64,000 nt of DNA, taken from an uncultured Candidatus Competibacteraceae bacterium. GTDB lineage: Bacteria > Bacteroidota > Bacteroidia > CAIKAF01. Below the pieces are notes generated by a model that saw only the letters and a list, made by a program, of their open reading frames with translations, was not told the origin of the DNA and ran no database searches. The stretch lies in contig CAZRHR010000001.1 in NCBI GenBank assembly GCA_964599915.1, positions 12,019 through 76,018 of the forward strand, given 5' to 3'. The position numbers and the translations under genes were made by a program. This document shows positions 46,665 through 56,424 of this stretch, piece after piece. Each line of letters begins with the position of its first letter. Position 1 is the stretch's first letter.

Positions 46665-47889
46665 CCTATATCTTTCTTACGATGGCATGACCGATCCACT
46701 GGGACAATCCCAAGTGCTGCCCTATCTGCAAGGTCTAGCAAAACAAGGCTGGGAAATCACCCTCATCAGTTTTGAAAAACAAGAACGCTTTTCTCAAGAA
46801 AAAGCCACCATAGAAGCCCTTACCCAAGCTGCAGGAATCCGCTGGATCCCGCTTCCCTACACCAAAAAGCCCCCCGTTTTATCCACCCTTTGGGACCTTT
46901 ACAAACTGTTTCAAACCGTAAAAAAGGAACATCGAAACCAGCCTTTTCAATTGGTTCACTGCCGCAGCTACATCACCGCATTTGCCGGATTACACCTGAA
47001 AAAAAAACATGGGGTGCCTTTTCTGTTCGATATGCGAGGATTTTATGCAGATGAACGGGTAGAAGGAGGCATTTGGAACCTGAAAAATCCACTCTTCAGC
47101 CGCATTTATCAGTATTTTAAATCGGCGGAGCAAAAGTTCCTCACCCAGGCCGATGCCATTGTTTGCCTCACCCACAAAGGAAAGGCAGTGATGAAAGATT
47201 TCCCCGGCGTTACGTCCTCTGTTCACGAGAAAATAGCAGTCATCCCATGCTGTACAGACATGGACCATTTTTCCTCACGTCAGGTTCAGCCGGCCATGGT
47301 AGAAGCATGGAAAACCAAGCTGGCCTTGCCAACCGGCACTGAGCTCATCGCTTATTTAGGTTCCCTTGGGACGTGGTATCTGGTGGAAGACATGGCGCGC
47401 TTTATGGCTGTTGCACACGCTGCGCGCCCCCAATTGGTCTGGTTAATCATCACCCGCGACCAGCCCGATGCACTTTGGCGCGCCGCAGAAAAACACGGCT
47501 TACCCAAAGAGGCCATCAGGATTTTTCCGGCCAAGCGAGATGAATTACCAAGCCTGTTGTCATTGGTGAAAGCCTCTTTGTTTTTTATCCAGCCTTCCTT
47601 TTCCAAGCAAGCCTCCAGCCCCACCAAGCAAGGAGAACTTATGGCCATGGGGATTCCCGTCATTTGCAACGCAGGCGTAGGCGACTCAGATTTCCTCGTT
47701 CAAAAATACCAGTCCGGACTGGTGGTTGAAAAAATGGAAGAGGCAGATTTTCAAAAAGTATTGGAGCACTGGGAAGAACTTTTGCATCCGGATACGGAAG
47801 CCATCCGCCGTGGCGCTTACGACTATTTTTCTTTGGAAAAAGGCGTAGCCACTTACGCCGGTCTATATACCTCCCTCACCCAAAAATAG
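46645..47889 (+). CDS. GT4-like glycosyltransferase
   Basis: GT-B protein whose start overlaps the end of asnB. C-terminal GELMAMGIPVICNAGVGDSDFLV is a degenerate EX7E region. Confidence 0.7.
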   Translation: MPETMRSLYLSYDGMTDPLGQSQVLPYLQGLAKQGWEITLISFEKQERFSQEKATIEALTQAAGIRWIPLPYTKKPPVLSTLWDLYKLFQTVKKEHRNQPFQLVHCRSYITAFAGLHLKKKHGVPFLFDMRGFYADERVEGGIWNLKNPLFSRIYQYFKSAEQKFLTQADAIVCLTHKGKAVMKDFPGVTSSVHEKIAVIPCCTDMDHFSSRQVQPAMVEAWKTKLALPTGTELIAYLGSLGTWYLVEDMARFMAVAHAARPQLVWLIITRDQPDALWRAAEKHGLPKEAIRIFPAKRDELPSLLSLVKASLFFIQPSFSKQASSPTKQGELMAMGIPVICNAGVGDSDFLVQKYQSGLVVEKMEEADFQKVLEHWEELLHPDTEAIRRGAYDYFSLEKGVATYAGLYTSLTQK

Positions 47890-48207
47890 TCCGTGTAGGC
47901 CGGAAGTTTGATTTTAGGGCGCCTGCCGCCGTAGGCCTTTTTCCTCCCCAAACATTTCCCAATCTCTAAAGACCCAATAGCCCCAAGGGTACAAGAACGG
48001 CGGCACCGCGTGCTCCGCTCAAAGTCCTCACCGCTGGCGCCCCGCCCTTTCAGGCGGCAGGTCGCCAGCCGTTCCGGGCTTCCGCTTCGCCCGCTGGCGC
48101 GGGACAGGCGTTCCAGCAGCTCCCCGAATCCCATAAGCCATGTTAGCCTTACCTGCCAAAACACCGGCTAACCAAGGATTTTCCTATCTTTCGAGAAAAT
48201 ACTTCCT

Positions 48208-48636
48208 ATGCATCGTACCTATCTCTTTTCCTCCCTCCTTTTCGTTTTCCTTCTTTCCACCCACCTGCATGCACAGGGCACCCTTCAGTTCAACCGTGTT
48301 GTGCTGGTTTCCAACTCCGCAACTGTACCAGCCGGAAAGGTGTGGAAAGTAGAATCCGTTTTATCTACCAGCACCCTTGCTGCCAACAACAACAGTGAGT
48401 CTAGTGTAAACACAGTAAGCTTAAACATTGTAGTTAACGGTACCTCAGTCATAGTAGAGCGCTCCAGTGTAGGCATTGGTTCGCAAACCGGAAGCGCAGG
48501 TGTTATGCGTGCTTACTGGGGATATGCTTCTGCCGGCGTAACCAAACTGCCTTTTTGGCTTCCGGCCGGAAGTACATTAGCAGCATCCACCAACGCACTG
48601 GCGGTGTCCGTGATTGAGTTTAATGTGCTGCCGTAG
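48208..48636 (+). CDS. Small secreted protein, unknown family (paralog A)
   Basis: Signal peptide ending ...HLHAQG. Conserved blocks TLQFNRV, TVPAGKVWKVES, KLPFWLPAGS and SVIEFNVLP are shared with 48877..49269. Confidence 0.55.
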   Translation: MHRTYLFSSLLFVFLLSTHLHAQGTLQFNRVVLVSNSATVPAGKVWKVESVLSTSTLAANNNSESSVNTVSLNIVVNGTSVIVERSSVGIGSQTGSAGVMRAYWGYASAGVTKLPFWLPAGSTLAASTNALAVSVIEFNVLP

Positions 48637-48876
48637 AGAACCCTGCGGATAAAAAAATTATCTGCTGGTGGATTAAAACAAAATATCATATGTTAATAAA
48701 ACAACTCAATGATACGTCTATCAAGGAATATCATTATACCGTCACTGTTATTTTCAATCATGCAGCATTTAATTTGAGATGCACCATGTGGTTGAATTAA
48801 AAAAATACACCCCCATCCTCCAGCAGCAAACGTAGGATTTTGCCTACCTTTATTTCCACATCGATTACAAACCACC

Positions 48877-49269
48877 ATGACTCGCCTTACGCTAATTTCC
48901 CTTTCCGTTTTTTTCCTCCTTGCATGGTCCAACCTCATGTCTGCGCAAGGGACCTTGCAGTTTAACCGTGTACTTATGGTGGGAAATGTGGAACAAACGG
49001 TACCCGCGGGCAAAGTTTGGAAAGTGGAATCCATTATCTACAGCAGCGCCCCTACTCCCATCATGGGAGGCAACCAAAACGACCAACTTTTGATTGATGG
49101 CAGTGCACTCACGGTGCGGGCTACACGTTCTTCCAATGGTGGTTATAATGCCGTAACGTATGGCGTTTGGGAACAAAAACTTCCCATCTGGTTACCTGCG
49201 GCCAGCCGATTACAGACAGGCGCGAATGTGCAGAGCATAAGTGTAATAGAATTCAATATTCTACCTTAA
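48877..49269 (+). CDS. Small secreted protein, unknown family (paralog B)
   Basis: Signal peptide ending ...LMSAQG. Shares TLQFNRV, TVPAGKVWKVES, KLPIWLPAAS and SVIEFNILP with paralog A. Confidence 0.55.
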   Translation: MTRLTLISLSVFFLLAWSNLMSAQGTLQFNRVLMVGNVEQTVPAGKVWKVESIIYSSAPTPIMGGNQNDQLLIDGSALTVRATRSSNGGYNAVTYGVWEQKLPIWLPAASRLQTGANVQSISVIEFNILP

Positions 49270-49641
49270 GTCGAAAGACCCAAATTCCCGAAAGAGAGCA
49301 GTACGATAATCTAAGGAGATGGTATCTATAAAGCGAACATTGCATAAGTGGTAAAACGCCGCATTTAAGATAATAATCCAAAGCTTAGGTGACTCAGGGT
49401 GATCCTAAAAGCTCCATTCTGCAGAGTTTCTCATAGAAAGTTTCTTCCAGCTTACAACCATCTACTTGTTTATATTTAATCCTATTAGCCTAGACCTATG
49501 AGGGCCGGATTAACTATTTACCAATAAATTTATTTCCTTAGTAAAATAAATATATTCGTAGGTATTTAAATTTTTACTGCCTTATTGTTTTTCATTCAAG
49601 CAACCTAAAACAAGGCCTTGACAACAAAAAAAATTTAAGAG

Positions 49642-50250
49642 ATGTCAAAAAACCTACTTTTTGCGCTTACTGCGTTGATTTGGCTTGGTTGCCAACCCAT
49701 CATGCTGAAAATGTATGGGATTAAAGATCCCGATGTAGAAAATGAAAAAAGCATCATTAGAACGGCGCTTCGTTACCGATTGGATACCACTCATTTGGTT
49801 ACGGTAAGCGGTAAAGATTTCCTTGATGTTCTCAACGGACAATCCATACCCGATGGAGCCATCTACGACCGAAATGGACAGTTTATAGAATACAAGGATA
49901 CGGATTCCTCTTGTAACGCTGGTCTGTTCGGTTTTATTCCGGCCTTAAATCTCACTGACCAATACAGGCAACCCGAGCGGCCAAGTCTGCAAATGGAGCT
50001 GGCAAAATATCGAGATTTGAAAGGCAATCCCATTCAACTGACAGAAGAAGCAGATTTTTACCTTCTCATTTATTGGTCAGTCTGGACAGGAAGACTGAAC
50101 AAGGACCATGTAAAGGTTTGGGAAGATTTGGCAAAGCGCAACACGAAATGTAAAATTAAAGTGATAAAAGTGAACTTAGACCTACAATCTTATTGGGAGG
50201 AAAAGGAGCGGGAAAGCATTATTGAGGCCATTCGGAAAAAGGGGAAATAG
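49642..50250 (+). CDS. Putative lipoprotein, unknown function
   Basis: N-terminal LTALIWLGC is a lipobox-like signal. No recognisable catalytic motif. Confidence 0.4.
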   Translation: MSKNLLFALTALIWLGCQPIMLKMYGIKDPDVENEKSIIRTALRYRLDTTHLVTVSGKDFLDVLNGQSIPDGAIYDRNGQFIEYKDTDSSCNAGLFGFIPALNLTDQYRQPERPSLQMELAKYRDLKGNPIQLTEEADFYLLIYWSVWTGRLNKDHVKVWEDLAKRNTKCKIKVIKVNLDLQSYWEEKERESIIEAIRKKGK

Positions 50251-50470
50251 GGTGACAGAATCAGTGGTCCTTTAATCATTGTTGGACGGAAGATAGGGCA
50301 CAATCATCCGTGGTTTCGGCTAGGCTCAACCACCGAAGGACTGGAATACCCAAGACAACTCAACCTTTATTTCAGACTACAGCCTCGACATAACAATTCA
50401 TTCAATTCAACGAGTATTAATACACCCTTATTGAAGGAAAACAGCAACTGAGTCCGAGCGGAGCCGAGGG

Positions 50471-51997
50471 CTAACTCCCCCACATCGCACGGTCCAAACT
50501 CCTATACTGAATCGCCTCTGCCACATGCGCTGCCTGAATGTCTCGCGCACCCTCCATATCTGCAATGGTTCTACTCACTTTCAATATGCGATCATACGCC
50601 CTGGCCGACAAGCCTAATTTCTCCATCGCTTTTCCCATCAATTGCTTTCCTGCTGCATCAGGTGTAGCAAAAGTTCTCAGCTGAGCAGGTGTCATCTGCG
50701 CATTGATGTGAACCCCAGAAGATGCCGCAAAGCGCTCGGCCTGCACACAACGCACCCGCTCCACCCTTGCACGAACCACTTCTGAACGCTCGCCGATGCG
50801 TCCAGATTGGAGTTCGGTAACTGGCACAGGTGCTACTTCAATATGTAAATCGATACGATCCAACAAGGGACCTGACACCCTATTTAGATACTTCTTCACT
50901 ACTCCAGGCCCACAAGTACAATCTCTATCCGGATTATTATAATGTCCGCAGGGACATGGATTCATAGCAGCCACCAACATAAAACCTGCGGGATAATCTA
51001 CGGAAAAGCGTGCCCTGGAAATGGTGACCCGCCGGTCTTCAAGAGGCTGCCTTAGAACTTCAAGGACCGTTCGACGGAACTCAGGCAATTCGTCTAAAAA
51101 CAATACGCCATTATGCGCAAGACTTATTTCACCTGGCTGCGGATGCCCTCCCCCTCCCACCAGCGCCACATCACTTACCGTATGGTGAGGCGCCCGAAAT
51201 GGCCTTTGCTGCACCAATCCTACTTGCCGACCTAGCTTACCGGCAACAGAATGAATTTTTGTCGTTTCGAGAGCCTCTCTGGTGTTTAATGGGGGCAAAA
51301 TCCCTGGCAAACGGCGAGCAATCATGGTTTTACCGGAACCAGGAGCGCCAATTAACAAAATATTATGGCCTCCACAGGCCGCGACCTCCATGGCACGACG
51401 TACAGATTCCTGTCCGCGGATTTCAGATAAATCCGGACCTTCTATTGCATCCATGGGGGCCAGCGTACCCTCCGGCAATGAGGGGATTTCTCCGGTCTCA
51501 AAAAACTGGGTTACCACCGTAAGATGAGAAGCCGAAATCAATGTAATTCCGCTCACTAGCGCTGCTTCACGGGCATTGGCTTCGGGTAAAATAACTCCTT
51601 TAAGACCCATTTCCTGCGCCATCATGGTCATGGGAAGTGCACCTCGAATGGGCCGTAAACTGCCATCCAAGGCAAGCTCGCCCATCATCAAATAATCGGA
51701 TAATCCTTCATGTGGAATTTGACCACTAGCGGCCATAATGCCAATGGCAATAGGTAAATCATACGCTGCACCTTCCTTTCGAATATCTGCCGGAGCCATG
51801 TTTACCGTAATTTGTTTCCCAGGACGTTGATATCCATTGTTCAACAAGGCGGCCTCAATCCTACGCTCAGACTCTTTTACTGCATTGTCTGGCAATCCCA
51901 CCAAAAAATACCGAAGACCCGGGGCGGTATGAACTTCTAAAGTAATGGGTATGGCTTGAACGCCTGTAAGAGCTGCTCCTATACATTGTACCAGCAT
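50471..51997 (-). CDS. comM: YifB/ComM-family Mg-chelatase-like AAA+ ATPase
   Basis: N-terminal Lon-like domain, Walker A LLIGAPGSGKT, and the conserved C-terminal ChlI-like region. Confidence 0.9.
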   Translation of the reverse strand: MLVQCIGAALTGVQAIPITLEVHTAPGLRYFLVGLPDNAVKESERRIEAALLNNGYQRPGKQITVNMAPADIRKEGAAYDLPIAIGIMAASGQIPHEGLSDYLMMGELALDGSLRPIRGALPMTMMAQEMGLKGVILPEANAREAALVSGITLISASHLTVVTQFFETGEIPSLPEGTLAPMDAIEGPDLSEIRGQESVRRAMEVAACGGHNILLIGAPGSGKTMIARRLPGILPPLNTREALETTKIHSVAGKLGRQVGLVQQRPFRAPHHTVSDVALVGGGGHPQPGEISLAHNGVLFLDELPEFRRTVLEVLRQPLEDRRVTISRARFSVDYPAGFMLVAAMNPCPCGHYNNPDRDCTCGPGVVKKYLNRVSGPLLDRIDLHIEVAPVPVTELQSGRIGERSEVVRARVERVRCVQAERFAASSGVHINAQMTPAQLRTFATPDAAGKQLMGKAMEKLGLSARAYDRILKVSRTIADMEGARDIQAAHVAEAIQYRSLDRAMWGS

Positions 51998-52055
51998 GCG
52001 CTTTTTTTGGCAAAGCTACAACCTCAGAACCCCCAATGTCAATAGAGAAAGTGTG

Positions 52056-53045
52056 TTAAGCGTAAAACTTTTTTGTAAATGCTGCAAAGGGACCCTGCCG
52101 TAATATCAAACGCTTCCACACGGCAAGCAAAAAACCAAGGCCATATCCAAACAATTGAATGTACGCAGCAGGCACTGCCAAAAATCCCACTTTTGCATGG
52201 CCATCTGTACGCCAAGCATCAAAGCACACAAGAAGCATAAAAAAAAGGGGAGCCGCCAAAAACCAAAAACACCAAAAAGCTAAAACCATACAAACCAAAT
52301 GACCTAACACAAAAACAGAGGGTAAAAAATGCACCAATTTCAAGGCCTGAGGATGTATTTTAAATAAATTAATGCGTGCAATGCCACTATTAAAGACCTG
52401 TTTGTAAAAAGTCCAAAAACGTGTCCTGCGTTTATGGTACACATAAGCCTCAGGAATTAATCCCATGCGAAACCCACCTGCTTGTATGCGCAAACTCATG
52501 TCAATGTCCTCGCCAAAACGCATGGAGGAAAATCCACCTGTAAAGTCAAAAACGGCGCGGCTAAAGCCCATGTTGAAACTGCGTGGAAAAAATTGATCCA
52601 TTCGCTTTTTCCCACCTCGGATGCCTCCCGTGGTAAAAAAGGAGGTCATGGCATAATTGATGGCACGCTGGAGCAGGGTAAAAGAAGGATGCGCACGGTC
52701 AGGACCACCAAAGCAATCCCATTTTTCCTGTAAAATTCCTGCATGAACTTCCTCCAAATACCTTGGTGGAAGAACACAATCTGAATCTAAAAACAAGATA
52801 AAATCTCCCTTGGAACGTTCTGCCCCAAAATTTCTTGAAAGCCCTGGCCCGGAATTCGGCTTGGTGAAATAGTGAAGATTGAGTTTTCCTGAAAAAGCGG
52901 CTACTTCCTCTTTGCAAGGCAGCGTGGAACCATCTTCCACAAGAATCACTTCAAAATAGGTATAGGTCTGATGAATAAGACTTTCCAACAATTCTCTTAC
53001 TTCATCAGGCCGGTTGAATACTGGCACCACCAAACTATACAACAT
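52056..53045 (-). CDS. GT2 glycosyltransferase with a C-terminal membrane anchor
   Basis: YSLVVPVFNRPDEVRELLESLIHQTY...VILVEDGS and FLDSDC motifs. Hydrophobic C-terminus. Confidence 0.8.
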   Translation of the reverse strand: MLYSLVVPVFNRPDEVRELLESLIHQTYTYFEVILVEDGSTLPCKEEVAAFSGKLNLHYFTKPNSGPGLSRNFGAERSKGDFILFLDSDCVLPPRYLEEVHAGILQEKWDCFGGPDRAHPSFTLLQRAINYAMTSFFTTGGIRGGKKRMDQFFPRSFNMGFSRAVFDFTGGFSSMRFGEDIDMSLRIQAGGFRMGLIPEAYVYHKRRTRFWTFYKQVFNSGIARINLFKIHPQALKLVHFLPSVFVLGHLVCMVLAFWCFWFLAAPLFFMLLVCFDAWRTDGHAKVGFLAVPAAYIQLFGYGLGFLLAVWKRLILRQGPFAAFTKKFYA

Positions 53046-53101
53046 GGGAACAAATTAAGCCTTTTTCTTCATTCCCATGGTTAGATTTTTCAAGTTCGGG
53101 G

Positions 53102-53980
53102 TTAAACGGTTACCTGCGCTGTTACAGTCGACACTTTGGGAGGAACAATAAGCACAGGGTGGTCGAAGTGATGTGTCACATATTGCGGAAACACCTCACC
53201 CAAAAATCTCCCAAACGGACCTTCAGATTCTGCCATAACCACCATCAAATCGGCTTGAAGCTCCTTCGCCATTTGAATGGTACCGCTTCCCTTGGACTTT
53301 AGCGGACGAATCTCCGAACGAACAGGAATATCTCTTTGGGTAAAATACCGCTCTGCCTGGGCAACTATCGCGCGAAGGTGAGTTACAGATTCTTGGTCAT
53401 GATGCCTTTCCATGCCCAAAATATGTACTTCGGCATGGCTGGCCTCGGCCATCCGAACCGCATATGGAATTTTTTCACGCGAATTAAAATTTTCAATTTC
53501 TAAACCCATGAAAATCCTTCTAAACCCTGGCGTGTCTTCAGTAGAACGAATGGCAAGCACGGGCAACGCCGTTTTAATGGCCAGCTTATTAGCTTGGCTA
53601 TCATGAAAAAGTGCATCCTGCTTTTTATCTCCGAAAGTACCCAAGACCAACATGGATATTTCCGCAGCCTTAGATTTGAGCTCAACGGCTTTCTGAACTT
53701 TTCCTTCCATCCATTCATAGCCCACACGCACACCATAAGACCGTAAAAAACTGGCGCCCAAATCTTCCAGCCTTAAGCTAGCAAACCTCCGGAACACTTC
53801 CACCGATCGTTGTCCATCCGGAACACCCAGTTGGGTTTCTGAGTAGCGATCGTGAATCAACCACAAACTCAAGTTACAGGACATGCGTCCTGACAAATAA
53901 GCCGCATGGTGCGCTGCGGCAATAGCTACGGGAGAAAAGTCAAATGGCACCACGAGGGTTCGGAAAAGTGGAGAAGCTGC
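53102..53980 (-). CDS. Tandem-domain universal stress protein (UspA family)
   Basis: Two Usp-like halves, each ending in a G-x2-G-x9-G(S/T)-like ATP-binding region (LGTFGDKK...). The likely start is MAASPLFRTLVVPFDFS. Confidence 0.65.
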   Translation of the reverse strand, partial: AASPLFRTLVVPFDFSPVAIAAAHHAAYLSGRMSCNLSLWLIHDRYSETQLGVPDGQRSVEVFRRFASLRLEDLGASFLRSYGVRVGYEWMEGKVQKAVELKSKAAEISMLVLGTFGDKKQDALFHDSQANKLAIKTALPVLAIRSTEDTPGFRRIFMGLEIENFNSREKIPYAVRMAEASHAEVHILGMERHHDQESVTHLRAIVAQAERYFTQRDIPVRSEIRPLKSKGSGTIQMAKELQADLMVVMAESEGPFGRFLGEVFPQYVTHHFDHPVLIVPPKVSTVTAQVTV

Positions 53981-54084
53981 CATAACTAAAAGATTTTCTA
54001 AAAGATACATATAAAAACCTTTAATCACCAAAACTATTTTGTTAAAACCCCTTACATCTTGTTCATTTTATTCACTAAATTCAC

Positions 54085-56424
54085 TTGCCATGGCCCATTC
54101 AGTTTCTCTATATTTGTCAAGCAAAAGTTGGACAAACCGTCCTCTTTTCTTATCGCTCAAATCGAATCCCGGTGGACTATTTACTTTCGCTCAATTCTCC
54201 TCAAAGGCAGGCCGTAGAAACCATTGAAGGTCCTATTATGATCATTGCCGGTGCAGGTTCCGGCAAAACCAGGGTCCTTACCTACCGCATCGCCTACATG
54301 GTAGAACATGGCATAGACCCTTTTAACATTCTGGCGCTCACCTTCACCAATAAGGCCGCCAGAGAAATGAAAGAGCGGATTTCTAAAGTCATTGGCCCCT
54401 CCGAATCTAAAAACTTGTGGATGGGCACCTTCCACTCCGTTTTTGCACGGATTCTGCGCCAAGAAGCAGATAAAATCGGATATCCAAAAAATTTCACCAT
54501 CTATGATACGGACGATGCCAAAAGCCTCATCAGAAATATTTTAAGTGAAAATGGACTGGACGATAAAATCTATAAAGTCAATACTGTCCTTAATCGTATT
54601 TCCAATGCTAAAAACGCTTTAATCACGGCGCAGGCTTACCAAAATGATCCTGATCTCCTTCAAGATGACACCTACGCCAAGCGACCCAAAACAGGAGAAA
54701 TTTATGCCCAATACACCCACCGGTGTTTTCGCGCAGGCGCCATGGACTTTGATGACCTGCTGCTAAAAACGTATGAACTTTTTTCCAAATTCCCTGAAAT
54801 CCTTTATAAATACCAGAGCCGATTTCAATTCATCATGGTAGATGAGTTTCAGGATACCAACCACGCCCAATACACCATCATTCGGCAAATGGCCGCCCTG
54901 TACCAAAACATCTGCGTGGTAGGTGATGATGCCCAATCTATCTATGCTTTCCGCGGAGCCAATATTCAAAATATTTTGAATTTTGAGCGCGACTATCCGG
55001 ACCTGAATGTCTTTAAACTCGAACAAAATTATCGGTCTACTCAGCTCATTGTCAATGCGGCCAATGCCATCATTTCCAACAATAAAAAACAGCTTAAAAA
55101 AAATGTCTGGACGGCCAATGACCAAGGCGCTCCTCTAAAATTATTCAAAGCCAACTCAGACAACGAGGAAGGGGGATTCGTAGCCCAAACCATTTACGAG
55201 CTGCAAATGCAGCACCAAAAGAAAAATACGGATTTTGCCATTCTTTATCGCACCAATGCACAAAGCCGGGCCATTGAAGAAGCGCTCAGAAGAATCAATA
55301 TCCCCTACAAAATCTATGGCGGCATTTCCTTCTATCAAAGGAAAGAAATCAAAGACATGCTGGCCTATATCCGCATGGTCATCAATCCACAAGATGATGA
55401 AGCGCTCCGCAGAATCATCAATTACCCCATCCGTGGTATTGGAAAAGTCACCATTGATAAACTGACTGTCCTGGCCGGAGAGCAAAATACTTCACTCTGG
55501 AACATCCTACAATATTTGTCGCAATTCAATCTGCAAGTTAATGCCGGCGTACTGAAAAAACTGGAGGAGTTCACCCTTATGATTCGGGGATTTCAAGAGC
55601 GGTTACTTCAAACCCCTGCTTATGATTTGGCCTCTGATCTTGCCAAATCCTCCGGTTTATTGCATGAACTCAATGCCGACAAAACCCCGGAAGGCGTATC
55701 TCGGTACGAAAACCTTGTGGAACTTTTAAATGGTATCCGAGAATATCAAGACCGTGAAAAAGATGATGAATCCATCGCTGACATGCCCCCATTAGCTGCT
55801 TTTATGCAGGAAGTAGCCTTGCTTACAGATAAAGACGAGGAAGACCCCGAAGACAGCGATAAAGTAAGCCTCATGACCGTTCACTCCTCCAAAGGGTTGG
55901 AATATCCCATTGTTTTCATTGTAGGAATGGAAGAAAATCTTTTTCCCTCCATGTTAAGCATTAATTCCAGGGAAGAATTGGAAGAAGAACGACGACTTTT
56001 TTATGTGGCAGTCACCCGCGCCATGGAACAAGTCTATCTGAGCTTTGCCACCACTCGGTTTCGCTGGGGACAAATAACCCATGGCGAACCTAGCCGATTT
56101 ATCACGGAAATTGATCCGGCGTTTCTTGAGCCCATCCAAGCCTCAGCGAGACCCACACCAGAAGCAAAAACAAAACTTGCCCAACAATACCGCATCCCGG
56201 CCCATGCTAAACTGAAACATATGCAAACGGCTACTGCCGCTTCATCGAATGTAGATGTAAACGCTTTTTCCATTGGACAAACCGTCATGCATAACCGCTT
56301 TGGGAAAGGCGAAATTCTGGATTTAGATGGCCCGGTGGATGGAAAAATGGCCACCATCCGGTTCGAAGCACATGGCGAAAAAAGACTGTTATTAAAATTT
56401 GCCAAACTTGAAATCCTTGGGTAA
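54085..56424 (+). CDS. uvrD: ATP-dependent DNA helicase, UvrD/PcrA/Rep family
   Basis: LNSPQRQAVE...GPIMIIAGAGSGKTRVLTYRIAYM (motif I), DEFQDTN (motif II), and a full set of superfamily 1 helicase motifs. An alternative in-frame GTG start at 54172 would give the canonical short N-terminus. Confidence 0.9.
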   Translation: MPWPIQFLYICQAKVGQTVLFSYRSNRIPVDYLLSLNSPQRQAVETIEGPIMIIAGAGSGKTRVLTYRIAYMVEHGIDPFNILALTFTNKAAREMKERISKVIGPSESKNLWMGTFHSVFARILRQEADKIGYPKNFTIYDTDDAKSLIRNILSENGLDDKIYKVNTVLNRISNAKNALITAQAYQNDPDLLQDDTYAKRPKTGEIYAQYTHRCFRAGAMDFDDLLLKTYELFSKFPEILYKYQSRFQFIMVDEFQDTNHAQYTIIRQMAALYQNICVVGDDAQSIYAFRGANIQNILNFERDYPDLNVFKLEQNYRSTQLIVNAANAIISNNKKQLKKNVWTANDQGAPLKLFKANSDNEEGGFVAQTIYELQMQHQKKNTDFAILYRTNAQSRAIEEALRRINIPYKIYGGISFYQRKEIKDMLAYIRMVINPQDDEALRRIINYPIRGIGKVTIDKLTVLAGEQNTSLWNILQYLSQFNLQVNAGVLKKLEEFTLMIRGFQERLLQTPAYDLASDLAKSSGLLHELNADKTPEGVSRYENLVELLNGIREYQDREKDDESIADMPPLAAFMQEVALLTDKDEEDPEDSDKVSLMTVHSSKGLEYPIVFIVGMEENLFPSMLSINSREELEEERRLFYVAVTRAMEQVYLSFATTRFRWGQITHGEPSRFITEIDPAFLEPIQASARPTPEAKTKLAQQYRIPAHAKLKHMQTATAASSNVDVNAFSIGQTVMHNRFGKGEILDLDGPVDGKMATIRFEAHGEKRLLLKFAKLEILG

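Noticed and set aside
47853-48164. 103-aa minus-strand ORF through the GC-rich block
   Set aside because: Its Arg/Gly/Ser-rich composition follows from the GC-rich repeats. There is no start context and no homolog-like motif, so I treat the block as non-coding.
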